A stretch of DNA of 64,000 nucleotides from assembly GCA_963805085.1 (NCBI GenBank), contig CAWDTA010000002.1, positions 992,001 to 1,056,000 on the forward strand. Reading direction: 5' to 3'. Each line of letters starts with the position of its first letter. Position 1 is the stretch's first letter. The notes under the pieces were generated by a model. The model worked only from the letters and a program-made list of their open reading frames with translations. It was not told where the DNA came from and ran no database searches. Below, one piece after another: positions 19,990 to 30,784 of this stretch. Source of the DNA: an uncultured Veillonellaceae bacterium. GTDB lineage: Bacteria > Bacillota > Negativicutes > JARBTT01. The position numbers and the translations under genes were made by a program.

Positions 19990-20024
19990 TATAGTTGATT
20001 AGGTCAACTATAATGCTGTATAAT
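19990..20024 (+). promoter_or_regulatory. Palindromic operator (likely MarR) overlapping a sigmaA promoter
   Basis: Perfect 9-bp arms tatagttga-N5-tcaactata (19990-20012) covering TTGATT; TATAAT at 20019. Confidence 0.7.
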
Positions 20025-20050
20025 ATAGATAAGAAAAACAATGATATGGA

Positions 20051-20533
20051 GTGAAACCTATGGATGAATTAGATATTGCAAGGCAATTTGGCCTGTTAAA
20101 TAGACGATCACAAGCATTTATCACCACTGCTTGCGGTGATATGGGAATTGCTTTTTCGGAATGTGTGTTGTTACTGAATTTATATCATCGCGCAGGGATT
20201 AACCAAGAGAATATGTCAGCTATTTTATTTGTTGATAAGGCGGCAACGACGCGAACGATTAAATCTCTTGAAAAAAAGGGCTTTATTAAAAGGAAGCAAA
20301 GCAAAGCTGATAAGCGTGTGAAGAAATTGTATTTAACAGAAAAAGGTGAAGCGACGAAGGAACCTATTTTTGCAATTCTAGAGAGATGGATGGATTTTCT
20401 TAGTGAAGGTATGGATAAAGCAACTTTTGATACCGTATTAAAAGGATTAAAGTTCATTGCCGAGAAAGCAGGCAGCAAAGAATTTTATGTGTTATGTGAA
20501 AAAGAGGGAGACGAGGGGGGGGAAACGTTATGA
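20051..20533 (+). CDS. MarR-family transcriptional regulator
   Basis: wHTH VDKAATTRTIKSLEKKGFI and DKRVKKLYLT. Confidence 0.92.
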   Translation: MKPMDELDIARQFGLLNRRSQAFITTACGDMGIAFSECVLLLNLYHRAGINQENMSAILFVDKAATTRTIKSLEKKGFIKRKQSKADKRVKKLYLTEKGEATKEPIFAILERWMDFLSEGMDKATFDTVLKGLKFIAEKAGSKEFYVLCEKEGDEGGETL

Positions 20534-21621
20534 AGAATAGAGTGGTACAAATAGCAATCATTGTTTGTTTGATTAGTTTACTTGTGCTAAGTGGTTGTGG
20601 TAAAAAAGCAGAGGTTGCAGAGGAAGTTCCAGTGGTTAAAACAGAAAAAATCATGATAGGCAATCTAGCTGGGGCGGCGAATTATTCTGGAGAAGTGCAT
20701 GGTCGTTATGAATCGCAACTTTCTTTTCAAGTGAGTGGGAAACTGATTGCCCGGCATGTTGAACTTGGCAGTACGGTCAATGCTGGCGATGTACTGATGG
20801 AAATAGATAGCAAAGATATTGTACAAAATGTAAATATCGGGGCGGCGCAAGTTGATTCGGCGCGGGCGCAACTTAGTTTGGCAGAAGCTAATTTAAATCG
20901 ATATCGTCAGCTTTACGAACAATCAGCAATCAGTGCCGCGCAATATGAGCAATATCAAACTTCCTATGATTCCGCCTTGGCAACCTTAAAACAAGCACAG
21001 GCTCAATATACCCAAGGAAGCAATAGTTTAGGCTACAGTAAATTAGTTGCTGATAGTGCCGGGGTTATTTCCGCGATTAATGCTGAAGTCGGACAAGTTG
21101 TTTCGGCAGGGCAAAGCATGGTAACTTTAGTGAAATCAGGTGAGATGGAAGTAGAAATTAGTATTCCAGAAAATCGATTAGAGGAAATCAAAGCAAGTAA
21201 ACAAATTGCGGTGTCTTTTTGGGCGCTAAACAATGTCACGGTAACTGGTCAAGTGCGCGAAATTGCGCCAATGGCGGATAAGACTTCGCGCACTTATAAA
21301 GTTAGGATCAGTCTGATTAATCCACCAGAGCAGATTAAACTGGGGATGACGGCGAATGTAGCGATTTCTACTGCTGATCCTACGATGATGACTGCTACTA
21401 CGATTCCATTATCAGCGATCTATCAAACTGGTGATGTGCCGCAGGTTTGGGTAGTGAAAGATGGGGAAGTTAATTTACAAACGGTTACGATAGAAGCGTT
21501 TGGCGACAATAAGGTAAAGGTAATGTCGGGCTTAAATAATGGCGATATTGTCGTGGTAGCAGGCGTGCACAAATTGAGAGCGGGTCAAGAGGTGCGATTG
21601 TTAGAAGGTGAGGGCAAGTGA
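20530..21621 (+). CDS. RND efflux periplasmic adaptor (MFP), lipoprotein
   Basis: Lipobox LSGC, lipoyl/hairpin architecture, directly upstream of an RND permease. Confidence 0.92.
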   Translation: MKNRVVQIAIIVCLISLLVLSGCGKKAEVAEEVPVVKTEKIMIGNLAGAANYSGEVHGRYESQLSFQVSGKLIARHVELGSTVNAGDVLMEIDSKDIVQNVNIGAAQVDSARAQLSLAEANLNRYRQLYEQSAISAAQYEQYQTSYDSALATLKQAQAQYTQGSNSLGYSKLVADSAGVISAINAEVGQVVSAGQSMVTLVKSGEMEVEISIPENRLEEIKASKQIAVSFWALNNVTVTGQVREIAPMADKTSRTYKVRISLINPPEQIKLGMTANVAISTADPTMMTATTIPLSAIYQTGDVPQVWVVKDGEVNLQTVTIEAFGDNKVKVMSGLNNGDIVVVAGVHKLRAGQEVRLLEGEGK

Positions 21622-24600
21622 AAAATTTCAATCTAACAGAGATTGCTTTAAAATATAAATCCTTGGTCTATTATTTTATCATCGTAGTTTTTTTGATGGG
21701 GTGTTTTTCCTATACGAAGCTAGGCCGGATGGAGGACCCTGATTTTGTTATAAGGCAAATGGTGGTAACAGTTGCTTGGCCAGGAGCGAGTGCAAAGCAA
21801 ATTGAGGAACAGGTAACTGATAAAATTGAGAAGAAGTTACAGGATTTACCGGGGCTTAATTACCTTAAAAGTTATTCTCGTCCTGGCTCTTCGGTTATTT
21901 ATGTAAATTTGCGTGAAGATCTTAAAGCAAATACGATTCGTTCGAGCTGGGTAGAGGCTAGAAATTTAGTAAATGATATGAAAAGTGATTTGCCACAAGG
22001 CGTGGTGGGTCCGGCGTTTAATGATCATTTTGATGATGTATATGGTTCTATTTATGCACTGACAGCAGATGGCTATAGTTATGAAGAAATGCGTGTCGAA
22101 GCGGAGAAGATCCGCCGGATGCTACTTGATGTCGGTAATGTAAAAAAGGTGGAACTGGTTGGTGAACAATCAGAAAAAATTTATATTGAAATCGAAAATA
22201 GTAAATTAGCACAATTGGGGATTAATCCGAATACTATTGCTAGCATTATTTCTAAACAAAATGCAATGAATCCCGCAGGGATGGTAGATACGACTACCGA
22301 TAATGTTTATCTTCGTATTACTGGACAATTCGATAATATCGAAGCAATTCGTAGTTTGCCGATTCGCGCGAATGAACGGACCTTTCGTTTAGGTGATATC
22401 GCAACGGTTGAACGTAAATATGTAGAACCGGCTGAAGCTAAAATGTATTTCAATGGTGAACCGGCGATCGGCATTGCAGTATCAATGGAAAATGGCGGAA
22501 ATGTATTAACGTTAGGTGACGAATTAAAAAAGACAATCAGCAGTATTAGAAAGGAATTGCCCTTGGGATTAGAAATCAATCAAGTTTCTAACCAACCAGA
22601 GGTTGTAAAAGAAGCGATTGATGACTTTATTAGTACATTACGGGAAGCGATTATCATCGTGTTGATTGTTAGCTTCTTGAGTTTAGGTGTACGCATAGGT
22701 CTTGTGGTGGCGCTATGTATTCCACTGGTTATTTCAGGGGTATTTTTAGCAATGGAAATAGTCGGCATTGATTTGCACAAAGTATCGCTCGGCGCACTTA
22801 TTATTGCCTTGGGGCTATTGGTCGATGATGCAATTATTTCCGTGGAAATGATGGCGGTAAAACTCGAAGAAGGCTATGATCGATTCAAGGCGGCGTGTTA
22901 CGCCTATACTGCAACGGCGATTCCAATGTTAACAGGGACGTTGATTACTTGTGCTGGCTTTATTCCCGTCGGTTTTTCTAAAGGAACGGCGGCAGAGTTT
23001 ACCAGTAGTTTATTTCCTGTGATTGCCATTGCGCTGATCATATCTTGGGTAGTATCCGTTATGGTTACACCGTTATTTGGCTATTATTTAATTAAAGTAA
23101 AAGTTCATGATAAAACCAAAGAAAACGATGTATATAATAGCAAGTTTTATCAAGTGTTTAGAAAAATGTTAACTTGGTGTTTAAGACACCGTAAACTAGT
23201 ACTTATTGGGACGGTTCTTTGTTTCTTTGTTTCGATATTTATGATGAAATTTATTAAACAGGAATTCTTCCCGCCATCGATTCGTCCCGAAATTATCGTA
23301 GAGATGAACTTACCAGAGGGATCATCAATGAAAGCCACCGAAGCGGCGGCAAAGGAGTTTGCAGAGCAGCTAAATGGTGATGAAAATATCCAGAATTATA
23401 GCTTCTACGTAGGTACGGGTGCTCCACGGTTCGTGCTGACGACAGAACCAGTATTGCCTGCTAATAATTACGCACAATTTATTATTGTCGCCAAAGATAT
23501 TGCTACGAGGCAAAAACTTACGGATAAAATTCATAAAATTATAGAAGAGCAAATGCCAAATGTTCGTAGTAATATAAAATTGATTCAAACAGGTCCGCCA
23601 GCAGCATATCCAGTGATGCTTCGGGTTACTGGCTATGACCATGAAAAAGTTCGGCAACTTGCTTATCAAGTTGCTGATAAAATGGCGGACAATAGCAATT
23701 TAAGACAAATTAACTTTGACTGGAATGAAAAGAGTAAAGTAATGCATCTTGATTTGAATCAAGACAAACTGCGTGTACTTGGTATTGATGGACAATCGCT
23801 GGCAACAACCTTGCAAACACAATTAACAGGAGCCGCAATTGCCGAGTATTATGAACAAGATAAAACAGTAGATATTGTGTTTAGAATGCACAATGAAGAT
23901 CGTGATGATTTGTCAAAAATTAAAGATATGCCGATTGCTATTGGTGATGGTAGTTATGTACCACTTGAACAGATTGCAAAAATCAGTTATGATGCCGAAG
24001 AGGGGCTTATTTGGCGTCGTGATCTGAAACCAACTATCACTGTTCGGGCAAATGTGATTGATGGCATAACGGCAAATGATGCAACGCAGCAAGTTTATGA
24101 TGCAACAAAAGATCTTCGCGATAATCTACCAATTGGCTATACCATCAAAGCAGACGGTGCCTTGGAAAATAGCAGTAAAGCAATGAACTTTATGATTGTG
24201 CCGATTCCTGTGATGATTATCATCATTATTACATTGCTCATGTTACAATTACAACGGATGTCGTTGATGTTCTTGACCTTAATGACTGCACCACTTGGTA
24301 TTATTGGCGTTAGTTTTGGGATGCTACTGACCAATCAATCCATGGGCTTTGTAGCTGAACTTGGTATATTGGCTCTTAGTGGTATGATTATCCGTAACTC
24401 CGTTATTTTGGTCGATCAGATTGAGAAACATATTGCTGATGGTCAACCGATGTGGCAGGCGATTATCGATTCAGCGGTTCTTCGTTTTAGACCGATCATG
24501 TTAACTGCTGCTGCAGCAATTTTGGGTATGGTTCCACTGATGCGCAACACTTTTTGGGGGCCAATGGCAGTTGCCATCGCCAGCGGTTTATTCTGTGCTA

Positions 24601-24671
24601 CTATACTAACCTTGCTCGTGTTACCAACAATGTACGCGGCCTGGTTTAAGGTAAAGGAAACAAAAGAGTAA
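21618..24671 (+). CDS. RND efflux permease (AcrB/AcrD/AcrF family)
   Basis: 1017 aa; GLLVDDAII and RFRPIMLT proton-relay motifs. Confidence 0.95.
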   Translation: MKNFNLTEIALKYKSLVYYFIIVVFLMGCFSYTKLGRMEDPDFVIRQMVVTVAWPGASAKQIEEQVTDKIEKKLQDLPGLNYLKSYSRPGSSVIYVNLREDLKANTIRSSWVEARNLVNDMKSDLPQGVVGPAFNDHFDDVYGSIYALTADGYSYEEMRVEAEKIRRMLLDVGNVKKVELVGEQSEKIYIEIENSKLAQLGINPNTIASIISKQNAMNPAGMVDTTTDNVYLRITGQFDNIEAIRSLPIRANERTFRLGDIATVERKYVEPAEAKMYFNGEPAIGIAVSMENGGNVLTLGDELKKTISSIRKELPLGLEINQVSNQPEVVKEAIDDFISTLREAIIIVLIVSFLSLGVRIGLVVALCIPLVISGVFLAMEIVGIDLHKVSLGALIIALGLLVDDAIISVEMMAVKLEEGYDRFKAACYAYTATAIPMLTGTLITCAGFIPVGFSKGTAAEFTSSLFPVIAIALIISWVVSVMVTPLFGYYLIKVKVHDKTKENDVYNSKFYQVFRKMLTWCLRHRKLVLIGTVLCFFVSIFMMKFIKQEFFPPSIRPEIIVEMNLPEGSSMKATEAAAKEFAEQLNGDENIQNYSFYVGTGAPRFVLTTEPVLPANNYAQFIIVAKDIATRQKLTDKIHKIIEEQMPNVRSNIKLIQTGPPAAYPVMLRVTGYDHEKVRQLAYQVADKMADNSNLRQINFDWNEKSKVMHLDLNQDKLRVLGIDGQSLATTLQTQLTGAAIAEYYEQDKTVDIVFRMHNEDRDDLSKIKDMPIAIGDGSYVPLEQIAKISYDAEEGLIWRRDLKPTITVRANVIDGITANDATQQVYDATKDLRDNLPIGYTIKADGALENSSKAMNFMIVPIPVMIIIIITLLMLQLQRMSLMFLTLMTAPLGIIGVSFGMLLTNQSMGFVAELGILALSGMIIRNSVILVDQIEKHIADGQPMWQAIIDSAVLRFRPIMLTAAAAILGMVPLMRNTFWGPMAVAIASGLFCATILTLLVLPTMYAAWFKVKETKE

Positions 24672-24681
24672 TAACTACAAT

Positions 24682-24717
24682 AAAAAAGTGCTTTGGCATA
24701 ACGCTAAAGCACTTTTT
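24682..24717 (+). terminator. Intrinsic terminator
   Basis: aaaaagtgctttggc / gctaaagcacttttt. Confidence 0.8.
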
Positions 24718-24803
24718 ACTGTGAGTGATTGGCATGGAAGTGATAAAGTATGATATATTAAGAGATAATATATTTTATATGTTTGATAGGATGTGCAACT
24801 TGG

Positions 24804-25052
24804 ATGAATGAAAAAATAAGTTATTTTATCATTGCGTTTTCAATTTATTTACTAGGAAAGTCAGCAATTTTTTTTAATCACATGCCGATTTATTCCGTCT
24901 TGTTTGATATATTTATGGCGATTTCGTTACTCTGTAGTAATATTCCCCGCGTATTACCAGTCAAATCGCAATATTTATATTATATGAAAAAAGTGGAATA
25001 TGTCACTTTGGGACTCGCATTACTGATGTTTGTACTACTGATTATTCGCTAA
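24804..25052 (+). CDS. Small hypothetical membrane protein (~3 TM)
   Basis: Hydrophobic ORF in an otherwise empty intergenic space. Confidence 0.6.
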   Translation: MNEKISYFIIAFSIYLLGKSAIFFNHMPIYSVLFDIFMAISLLCSNIPRVLPVKSQYLYYMKKVEYVTLGLALLMFVLLIIR

Positions 25053-25084
25053 AGGGTAGATTTTTCTTTAAAATTATCAAACGA

Positions 25085-25762
25085 TTATCGTTTCATGCTA
25101 CGAATCAGTACCTTTTTCTCTTTTGTAATGCGGATTGATTCGGTTATTTTTTGTAGCGCTTTATTATAGGTGAAATCATCTAATGTATTGTGTTTTAAAT
25201 AATGCATTGCTTTTTCTGGATATTTGATATAGCAAATGGAAATTGCCCAAGCGATGGCCATTTTGACGTAATACCCATTGTGCTTTATTTTGTCTAGTGC
25301 AAGGAGTACTTGGTCAATAGATTCTTCCGTGATATAAAAATCAAGGAGCATGACGATGGCGAAGCGTAGTTCGAATTCTTGTGTTGAGGCCAAATAAGGC
25401 TCTAAAAATTTTTGTACGCGTGCGAGATTCTTTTTGGTGACTTTTAAACTAGCGCAAAAACCATCGCAGATCGCCCAATTGTCTATTTTAGGAATAAAAT
25501 CGGCTGTGTAACGTAAAATTTCTTCGATATCTGCTTTGACTGTGCCGATGACAAGCCCTTGTAGTAAGACTTCCTCATAATAGTCGTTTTGCGCACTTGC
25601 TAAATAAGTTCGCCAGTCGCCTTTTGCTATTTCCTTTGCAAGATTCCTAAGTAAGGGGACTCTTACGCCGAGAATATTATCCGTATTTGGGCATAATCGG
25701 CTGTGAAATTGGCGATAGTTTTCGTCAGTTAATGCAAATAGTCGTTTTCTGATTGTATCCAT
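25085..25762 (-). CDS. DNA alkylation repair protein (AlkD-like HEAT-repeat)
   Basis: LGVRVPLLR, IDNWAICD and YYVKMAIAWAIS motifs. Confidence 0.88.
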   Translation of the reverse strand: MDTIRKRLFALTDENYRQFHSRLCPNTDNILGVRVPLLRNLAKEIAKGDWRTYLASAQNDYYEEVLLQGLVIGTVKADIEEILRYTADFIPKIDNWAICDGFCASLKVTKKNLARVQKFLEPYLASTQEFELRFAIVMLLDFYITEESIDQVLLALDKIKHNGYYVKMAIAWAISICYIKYPEKAMHYLKHNTLDDFTYNKALQKITESIRITKEKKVLIRSMKR

Positions 25763-25911
25763 GATGCTGCTCCTTATATTCTTTAATAGCGTAAAGTATA
25801 GCACAGGATGCTAGTATTGTTAAGAGTAGTTAGTCTAGGATAAACATATTACTTTTTACTTTGTACATGCTATAATGATAGTGAATAAAGTGTGAAGGGA
25901 AGCGACTGCTG

Positions 25912-26493
25912 ATGAGTATTTTAAACGTTATAAAAAAACGTAAAAGTGTAAGAAAGTTTAAACAACAACAAATTACCAACGAAGAAATGCATTTAATTGT
26001 TGAAGCTGGACAGCTTGCCCCAAGTGGTCATAATAGTCAAACGTCACATTTCGTTGTGATCCAAAACCAAGAAGTGTTAAATGAACTAAGAGAATTGGTC
26101 AAAGTGGAATTTGCTAAAATGGAATTTGATGAAACGACTTATAGTAGTATCAAAACTTCTATTACCTTATCAAAAAAAGGCAAATATAATTTTATGTACA
26201 ACGCACCAGTTTTTATCATTGCAACGAACCTACGTGGTTATGGTAATGCAATGGCAGATTGTTCGTTGGCATTGGGGAATATGATGCTCATGGCAGCGGA
26301 GTTAAATATCGGTACTTGTTGGATTAATCAATTAAAATGGTTAGCCGATAATGAAAATGTAAGAAAATATCTTGAAAAAATCGGTATTTCTGCCAATGAA
26401 ATGGTTTGTGGGTGCTTGTCGGTGGGCTATTCTGATCAACCAAACTTAGCGCCTGTTATTAGAAAAGGTAACGTTGCTGATTTTATCCGATGA
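25912..26493 (+). CDS. Nitroreductase family protein
   Basis: RKSVRKF, APSGHNSQ, NMMLMAAELNIGTCW. Confidence 0.92.
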   Translation: MSILNVIKKRKSVRKFKQQQITNEEMHLIVEAGQLAPSGHNSQTSHFVVIQNQEVLNELRELVKVEFAKMEFDETTYSSIKTSITLSKKGKYNFMYNAPVFIIATNLRGYGNAMADCSLALGNMMLMAAELNIGTCWINQLKWLADNENVRKYLEKIGISANEMVCGCLSVGYSDQPNLAPVIRKGNVADFIR

Positions 26494-26621
26494 TAATTGT
26501 AGACAAACTATGGACAGATAGGACGCGGGTCGGTGACCTATCTTCGTACTAGGCTACAAGTGGAACGGATTTTGTTATTTTATGTTCATCGATATAATTA
26601 TTTTTATTTTATCTATAGTCT

Positions 26622-26656
26622 GACTCCCGCTTTGTTTTTAGGCGGGAGTTTTTTTT
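26622..26656 (+). terminator. Intrinsic terminator
   Basis: gactcccgc / gcgggagtt plus T-run. Confidence 0.85.
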
Positions 26657-26753
26657 AGAATGCAAAAAAAAGATTAATTTTTAATTTTTTATTTACACTC
26701 TTAGTGATTTATGTTAATTTTAACACATCAAATAAAGATAAGAGGTTAGGGCG

Positions 26754-27050
26754 ATGTTTTTTAATATCTCTATTAATAAAACAATTAAATATTTTGAGGA
26801 AGTAGATGACATTACAGCGATGAGCGTGCGCTTATCTATGAAATATTTTGGTTGGGATTCTGAGGATCGGATTGATGCAGATCAAACAAAAAATGATGAT
26901 CTTTATCATATCAAATTTACGCGCAATGACTGGCCGGGCATTTGCTTTGAAACGCAAACCAAGGATGTTGGTAAAATCAATCAAATCACGAAGGAATGTG
27001 CAATGCGAGCGTTAAAGACATATCTTGATAAAGAAAATATTTCAGAGTGA
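26754..27050 (+). CDS. Hypothetical protein
   Basis: 98-aa ORF with a GAGG RBS; no recognisable motif. Confidence 0.6.
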   Translation: MFFNISINKTIKYFEEVDDITAMSVRLSMKYFGWDSEDRIDADQTKNDDLYHIKFTRNDWPGICFETQTKDVGKINQITKECAMRALKTYLDKENISE

Positions 27051-27109
27051 TAAAGCAGCTGGTAGTTGAAGTTATTATTATTGTGCTATAAGAGAAGGTA
27101 GGAGATCAA

Positions 27110-28048
27110 ATGATATTATTAAACGCCATTGAAGGCGTGCTTAGTTTACTTTTGATGGGGCTTGTCGGCTATGTATTAGCTGGTAAGGGGTGGTTCAATA
27201 AAGAAACATCTGCTTTGCTGCCCAAACTGGTCACCAAAGTTTCGTTGCCATTATTTTTATTATGTAACTTGATTACCACGTTTCATCGGGATGATTTAGT
27301 CCACATGATTTATGGTGTAATTGTGCCGATGCTATCCATGCTGATCTGTTTTGTGCTCAGTTTAGGGTTGGGCAAACTATGTAAAGTCAACAAACGACAT
27401 ATTGGGATTTTTTATAGTACGTTTGTCGCTTCTAATTCTATTTTTGTTGGTCTTCCGGTAGATATTGCACTATTTGGTGAGGAGTCCTTGCCCTATACCT
27501 TGCTGTATTTTTTTGCGAATACAACATTCTTTTGGACCTTTGGCAATTATTACATAAGCTCTGATGGCGATAGTCGTAAGGTGGCATTATTTAGTATGGA
27601 GACGGTAAAAAAGGTCTTTTCAGCGCCGATTATCGGTTTTTTATCGGCAATTGTCATCATTATGCTAGAAATTTCGGTGCCGGATTTTCTCGTCAAAACT
27701 GCGCGATATCTAGGCGGAATGACGACACCCTTGGCGATTATTTTTATCGGAATTGTTTTATACGGAATTGATTTGAAAAAGATTCGGTTGGATAAAGATA
27801 TTTTATTAGTGCTCTTAGGTCGTTTTGTCATTAGTCCACTTAGCATTGTCCTAGTTACTTACTTTATTCCGATCCCAGACCTTATGCGGAAGGTGTTTAT
27901 TATCCAAGCGTCGCTGCCAGCAATGGCCCAAACCGTAATTTTGGCGAGCTTTTATAAGGCTGATAGTGAATATGCGACGATTCTTGTATCGCTGAGTACG
28001 CTGCTTTCGATACTTACCATTCCTTTATATATGGTAATGATTTCTTGA
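27110..28048 (+). CDS. AEC (auxin efflux carrier/malate permease) family transporter
   Basis: SNSIFVGLP, RFVISP, QASLP motifs; about 10 TM. Confidence 0.9.
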   Translation: MILLNAIEGVLSLLLMGLVGYVLAGKGWFNKETSALLPKLVTKVSLPLFLLCNLITTFHRDDLVHMIYGVIVPMLSMLICFVLSLGLGKLCKVNKRHIGIFYSTFVASNSIFVGLPVDIALFGEESLPYTLLYFFANTTFFWTFGNYYISSDGDSRKVALFSMETVKKVFSAPIIGFLSAIVIIMLEISVPDFLVKTARYLGGMTTPLAIIFIGIVLYGIDLKKIRLDKDILLVLLGRFVISPLSIVLVTYFIPIPDLMRKVFIIQASLPAMAQTVILASFYKADSEYATILVSLSTLLSILTIPLYMVMIS

Positions 28049-28254
28049 GGAATTAATTGTAAACAGAGATAAATTTAAATTTAGCAATTTATAAAGCAGG
28101 TTTTTCCATAATAGAGTCGAATGTTACAAATAATTGTGAAATTCGACTTTTTTCGCGTGAAACGTTAAAAATAAAGAGTACATAGTCGCAAGTACTGTAG
28201 TAAGAGGCTAGAGGATTAGCTGTAAGTATTCATAAGAATAAAAGACATAAGGAT

Positions 28255-30288
28255 GTGCAGATTGTGAAGTTTCAAAATGTTAAGACAAAGTTTCTGATTT
28301 TTTTATTACCGTTATTTATTTTAAGTTTTCTAGTTTTATCGGCAATTAGTTATTATTTTGCTAATAAGACCTTAAATGAGTCTGTTGATGAAACCGTAAG
28401 AGCAATGGGGAAAGAATCTTCGATGCAAGTACATGAAGGGATTAATGAACGAATTATCAGATTGGAAGAATTGGCAACAGATGAAGTGCTTCGTGGTGCG
28501 AATGAACAAGCAAAAGTTGCTTATTTAGCTGATTCGCAAAAACGTTTAGGGTTTGATTCGTTATACTATGCTGATCTAAAAGGTGATTGTATTCGTGCTG
28601 ATGGTAAGAAATTTAATCGATCAGATCGTGATTACTTCAAAAAAGTATTGGAAACCAAAAAGCCATATGTACCAGAACCTGTAGTATCAGCCGATACTGG
28701 TAAACTAATTCTCGTATTGACTGTGCCAGCGTTTGAAAATGGACAGCTCGTTGGTATGATGATGGGAAGTATTACATTAGAAAAGTTATCAAAAGTGTTA
28801 GATGGCATAAAGTTTAGAGAATCTGGGTATGGTTATATCGTCGAAAGTAAAGGTAAGGTGATTGCCAATAATAAAGCACCAGAATTCATTAACAAGCTAG
28901 ATTTGACAGAGAAAACAATAAACCCAGAGCTTAAGACAAGTATGAGTGAGCTCGATGAGAAGTTGATGAAGAGCTTTAAAGAAGTTGTCCAAACAGGCGA
29001 GGCTGAGAGTTGTTACTATAAAAATGTATTTGGTAGAGACGATGTAGCCGTACTAACGCCAATAGAGCTTTTTGGGCAACGGTGGGTAATGGTAATTACT
29101 GCGCCAGAAGAAGAGGTAACTGCTCCCGTAAAAAGATTAGCAAATTATATGTTTGGGGTATCTATTTTCTTTATCTTAGTTGCGAGTGTATGTATCTATT
29201 TATTTGCGAAAAAAATTGCAAAACAAATAGAATTAATCCGTGATGACTGCATGCGACTAAATGAGGGTGATTTTAAAGATAGACCGATTAGTATTGATAG
29301 TGAGGATGAATTTGGTCAACTTGCAAGGGGATTTCATACGATGCGAACGACCTTAAGAACGTTAATTAAGAAAGTTCAAAATGAAGCAGAGCAAGTTGCC
29401 GCATCAAGTGAAATGCTCAATGAAAGTGCTGGACAATCTGCTGAAGCATCCAATCAAGTGGCTGTCTCGATTACAGACATAGCAGCAGGGGTAGAAAAAC
29501 AATCTCATTCAGCAAAAAATGTAAATGGGATAGCGCAGAAAGTGGCCAATATAGCTGGTGAAATCGCGGGGAAATCTAAAGATGTTGCCAAAGTTGCCCA
29601 TGAAGCAAGTGGCGATGTCGAACTTGGTCGTACGGCAATTGCTAGTGCGGTTAAACAAATGGAGCAAATCGGATCAGGGTCTGAAGAAATTCAAGAGGCA
29701 ATTGGCAAATTGGCGCAGGGATCACAAGAAATTAGCAATATTGTTGAGTTGATTTCTAATATTGCGGCACAAACTAACCTCTTGGCACTGAATGCGGCAA
29801 TTGAAGCGGCGCGTGCTGGTGAGCATGGTCGTGGTTTTGCCGTTGTAGCTGAAGAAGTGAGAAAACTTGCTGAGGAATCTCATCAGTCTTCACAAAAAAT
29901 TGGAGAACTTGTAAAACATAATCAAGTCGATATGGATAAGGCAGTTTCTGCAAGTAAGGCAGGGACCGCTGGAATTGGTCAAGGAATTGAAGCAGTCAAT
30001 ACAGCAGATGAAACCTTTAAAACAATTGTTAAGGCAATTGTTCATTTATCGGCTGAAATCACAGCGATTTCTGGGTCGATCAATATGATGGCAGATGGTA
30101 GTAAAGATATGCTAAACTCCATGCAAGAGATTGATGAAGTAAGTAAGAATAGCGCTGCAGAAGTACAATCTGTATCAGCAGCTACAGAAGAACAATCAGC
30201 GTCTATGCAGGAAATTGCATCAGCGAGTCAAAGTTTAGCGATGCTTGCCAATGAGTTACAAAGTGCAATCGCTAAATTTAAAGTTTAA
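28255..30288 (+). CDS. Methyl-accepting chemotaxis protein 1 (TM-dCache-TM-HAMP-MA)
   Basis: [34 protein letters not shown] hairpin; DEFGQL HAMP. Confidence 0.95.
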   Translation: MQIVKFQNVKTKFLIFLLPLFILSFLVLSAISYYFANKTLNESVDETVRAMGKESSMQVHEGINERIIRLEELATDEVLRGANEQAKVAYLADSQKRLGFDSLYYADLKGDCIRADGKKFNRSDRDYFKKVLETKKPYVPEPVVSADTGKLILVLTVPAFENGQLVGMMMGSITLEKLSKVLDGIKFRESGYGYIVESKGKVIANNKAPEFINKLDLTEKTINPELKTSMSELDEKLMKSFKEVVQTGEAESCYYKNVFGRDDVAVLTPIELFGQRWVMVITAPEEEVTAPVKRLANYMFGVSIFFILVASVCIYLFAKKIAKQIELIRDDCMRLNEGDFKDRPISIDSEDEFGQLARGFHTMRTTLRTLIKKVQNEAEQVAASSEMLNESAGQSAEASNQVAVSITDIAAGVEKQSHSAKNVNGIAQKVANIAGEIAGKSKDVAKVAHEASGDVELGRTAIASAVKQMEQIGSGSEEIQEAIGKLAQGSQEISNIVELISNIAAQTNLLALNAAIEAARAGEHGRGFAVVAEEVRKLAEESHQSSQKIGELVKHNQVDMDKAVSASKAGTAGIGQGIEAVNTADETFKTIVKAIVHLSAEITAISGSINMMADGSKDMLNSMQEIDEVSKNSAAEVQSVSAATEEQSASMQEIASASQSLAMLANELQSAIAKFKV

Positions 30289-30314
30289 GACAATATATCT
30301 CATGCATGTTTTTA

Positions 30315-30423
30315 TTGACAAACGAATTAAAACATGTAGATTAGATGGAATAGTAAATTTAATAGTTAACTGATCATAAAACTGAAGGCAAAGGGTACTT
30401 ATATGAGTATTCTTTGCCTCTTT
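30315..30423 (+). ncRNA. Candidate short transcript/attenuator: promoter followed ~40 nt later by a terminator hairpin
   Basis: TTGACA(30315)-N16-TAGATT, then a ggcaaagggtactt/gagtattctttgcc hairpin with T-tail. The hairpin may simply terminate MCP1. Confidence 0.3.
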
Positions 30424-30784
30424 GATTATAGAAATACAACAGGTTAATGCTTTGTAATTTATAATTTGAATACGTAGACATAATTTAAATTTGATATAAT
30501 TGCATCGGGATAAAACAATGTGTTTTAGGGAGGCACCTTTAATAGCATATTACTATTAGTTATGAAATCATAAGAAAATATGATTTCAATAATTGGATAT
30601 TTATGGTATTAATTTCGCAAAAAACTGATAAATTATGATAAAATAAATTATAGCTATAATAGCTTGGAGGTAAAAATAATGTGATTTAGGGGAGCGATAA
30701 CAAAATAATGATGTTTATAAGGTTGGCCAAGGTATTATTTATTATACTAGTTTAGAAATAATGTCTGTTTGGGAGTGTTTTAAT

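Noticed and set aside
20530-24671. RND operon lacking an outer-membrane factor
   Set aside because: This is common; a TolC-like channel can be supplied from another locus.
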